IMG/VR virus record: IMGVR_UViG_2667527592_000011
Span: 1 to 16,073 of that record
Source of the DNA: a virus
Lineage: Duplodnaviria > Heunggongvirae > Uroviricota > Caudoviricetes
Direction: 5' to 3' (one strand)
Length of the DNA: 16,073 bases
The position numbers and the translations under genes were made by a program. Numbering within the stretch: the first letter of the stretch is position 1; each line of letters starts with the position of its first letter. Shown one piece after another: positions 15,650 to 16,073 of this stretch. The notes beneath the pieces were generated by a model. It had not been told where the DNA came from, did not search any database, and saw only the letters and a list, made by a program, of their open reading frames with translations.

Positions 15650-15865
15650 ATGAAATCCATGGATAAGTTAACAACGGGTGTCGCCTATGGCACCTCAGCA
15701 GGTAGTGCCGGGTACTGGTTTTTACAGCTGCTCGATAAAGTCACGCCCTCACAGTGGGCGGCAATAGGTGTGCTGGGTAGTCTGGTATTTGGCTTGCTGA
15801 CGTATCTGACAAACCTTTATTTCAAGATTAAAGAAGACAAGCGTAAGGCTGCACGGGGAGATTAA
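15650..15865 (+). CDS. Phage 21 S-type pinholin (S21 / EssQ-like) with a dual-start motif
   Basis: [71 protein letters not shown] parallels S21 ([46 protein letters not shown]..., from memory). Two in-frame Met codons (M1, M4) as in the antiholin/holin pair; 71 aa. The ORF-track extension from 15587 overlaps the terminator and is rejected. Confidence 0.85.
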   Translation: MKSMDKLTTGVAYGTSAGSAGYWFLQLLDKVTPSQWAAIGVLGSLVFGLLTYLTNLYFKIKEDKRKAARGD

Positions 15866-15869
15866 TTCA

Positions 15870-16073
15870 ATGACTCAAAACTATGAACTGATTGTGAAAG
15901 GGATCCGCAATTTTGAGAATAAAGTTACGGTAACTTTAGCGTTACGGGACAAAAAACGCTTTGACGGTGAAATTTTTGACCTGGACATCTCGCTGGACCG
16001 TGTTGAAGGTGCCGCGCTGGAGTTTTATGAGGCAGCAGCCAGAAGGAGCATCAGACAGGTCTTCCTGGATGTT
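15870..16073 (+). CDS. DUF1327-like phage protein (YdfR-like), 3'-truncated by the window end
   Basis: ATG at 15870, open to the window end (MTQNYELIVKGIRNFENKVTVTLALRDKKRFDGEIFDLDISLDRVEGAALEFYEAAARRSIRQVFLDV); sits immediately after the holin as ydfR does in Qin (from memory). Confidence 0.5.
   Translation, partial: MTQNYELIVKGIRNFENKVTVTLALRDKKRFDGEIFDLDISLDRVEGAALEFYEAAARRSIRQVFLDV

Larger units (their letters stand above)
1..16073. mobile_element. Internal segment of a lambdoid prophage (early-left operon, immunity region, replication/nin-like region, Q, cargo slot, start of lysis cassette); mosaic of e14-like, CPS-53-like and Qin-like modules
   Basis: Gene content and order: CI-like repressor and Cro divergently arranged with operators, O-like gene with iterons, RusA, Q antiterminator, S21-type holin. 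No integrase or att site lies inside the window. Confidence 0.85.

Noticed and set aside
1-16073. Integrase and attachment sites
   Set aside because: No tyrosine or serine recombinase ORF and no obvious att core duplication within the window; the prophage ends must lie outside it.

Overview
The window is an internal segment of a mosaic lambdoid prophage of an Escherichia/Salmonella-type genome; no integrase, att site, tRNA, rRNA or CRISPR array is visible. All calls rest on reading motifs and gene order by eye, with no database search. Layout, left to right: (1) an AT-rich gene of unknown function on the + strand (1-462), convergent with (2) a leftward early operon on the - strand (496-5835) of tightly coupled genes: excisionase/PrtN-like protein, DEDDh 3'-5' exonuclease, DUF551-like protein, a small DNA methyltransferase, an HD-domain hydrolase and YfdP/YfdQ/YfdR-like proteins as in CPS-53-type prophages; (3) an immunity region with a CI-like HTH + S24 peptidase repressor (6294-6947, -) flanked by near-identical divergent promoters carrying 18-bp palindromic operators, and a P22-Cro-like gene (7043-7240, +); (4) a rightward operon with a CII-position regulator, a YmfM-like gene, an O-like replication initiator with internal 15-bp iterons, a PerC/Pch-like regulator, a Dam-type methyltransferase, a LexA DNA-binding-domain-only protein, RusA, a KilA-N protein, a DUF968/HNH protein and a Q-type antiterminator; (5) a cargo slot between Q and the lysis cassette holding an AT-rich 205-aa gene of unknown function, a small winged-helix-like gene and a beta-class DNA methyltransferase; (6) a phage-21-type pinholin with a dual-start motif and the start of a DUF1327-like gene. 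The best candidates for undescribed biology are the two AT-rich cargo genes (13282-13899 and 1-462), followed by the catalytic-domain-less LexA-like protein and the boxA-like/long-hairpin element in the PL leader.
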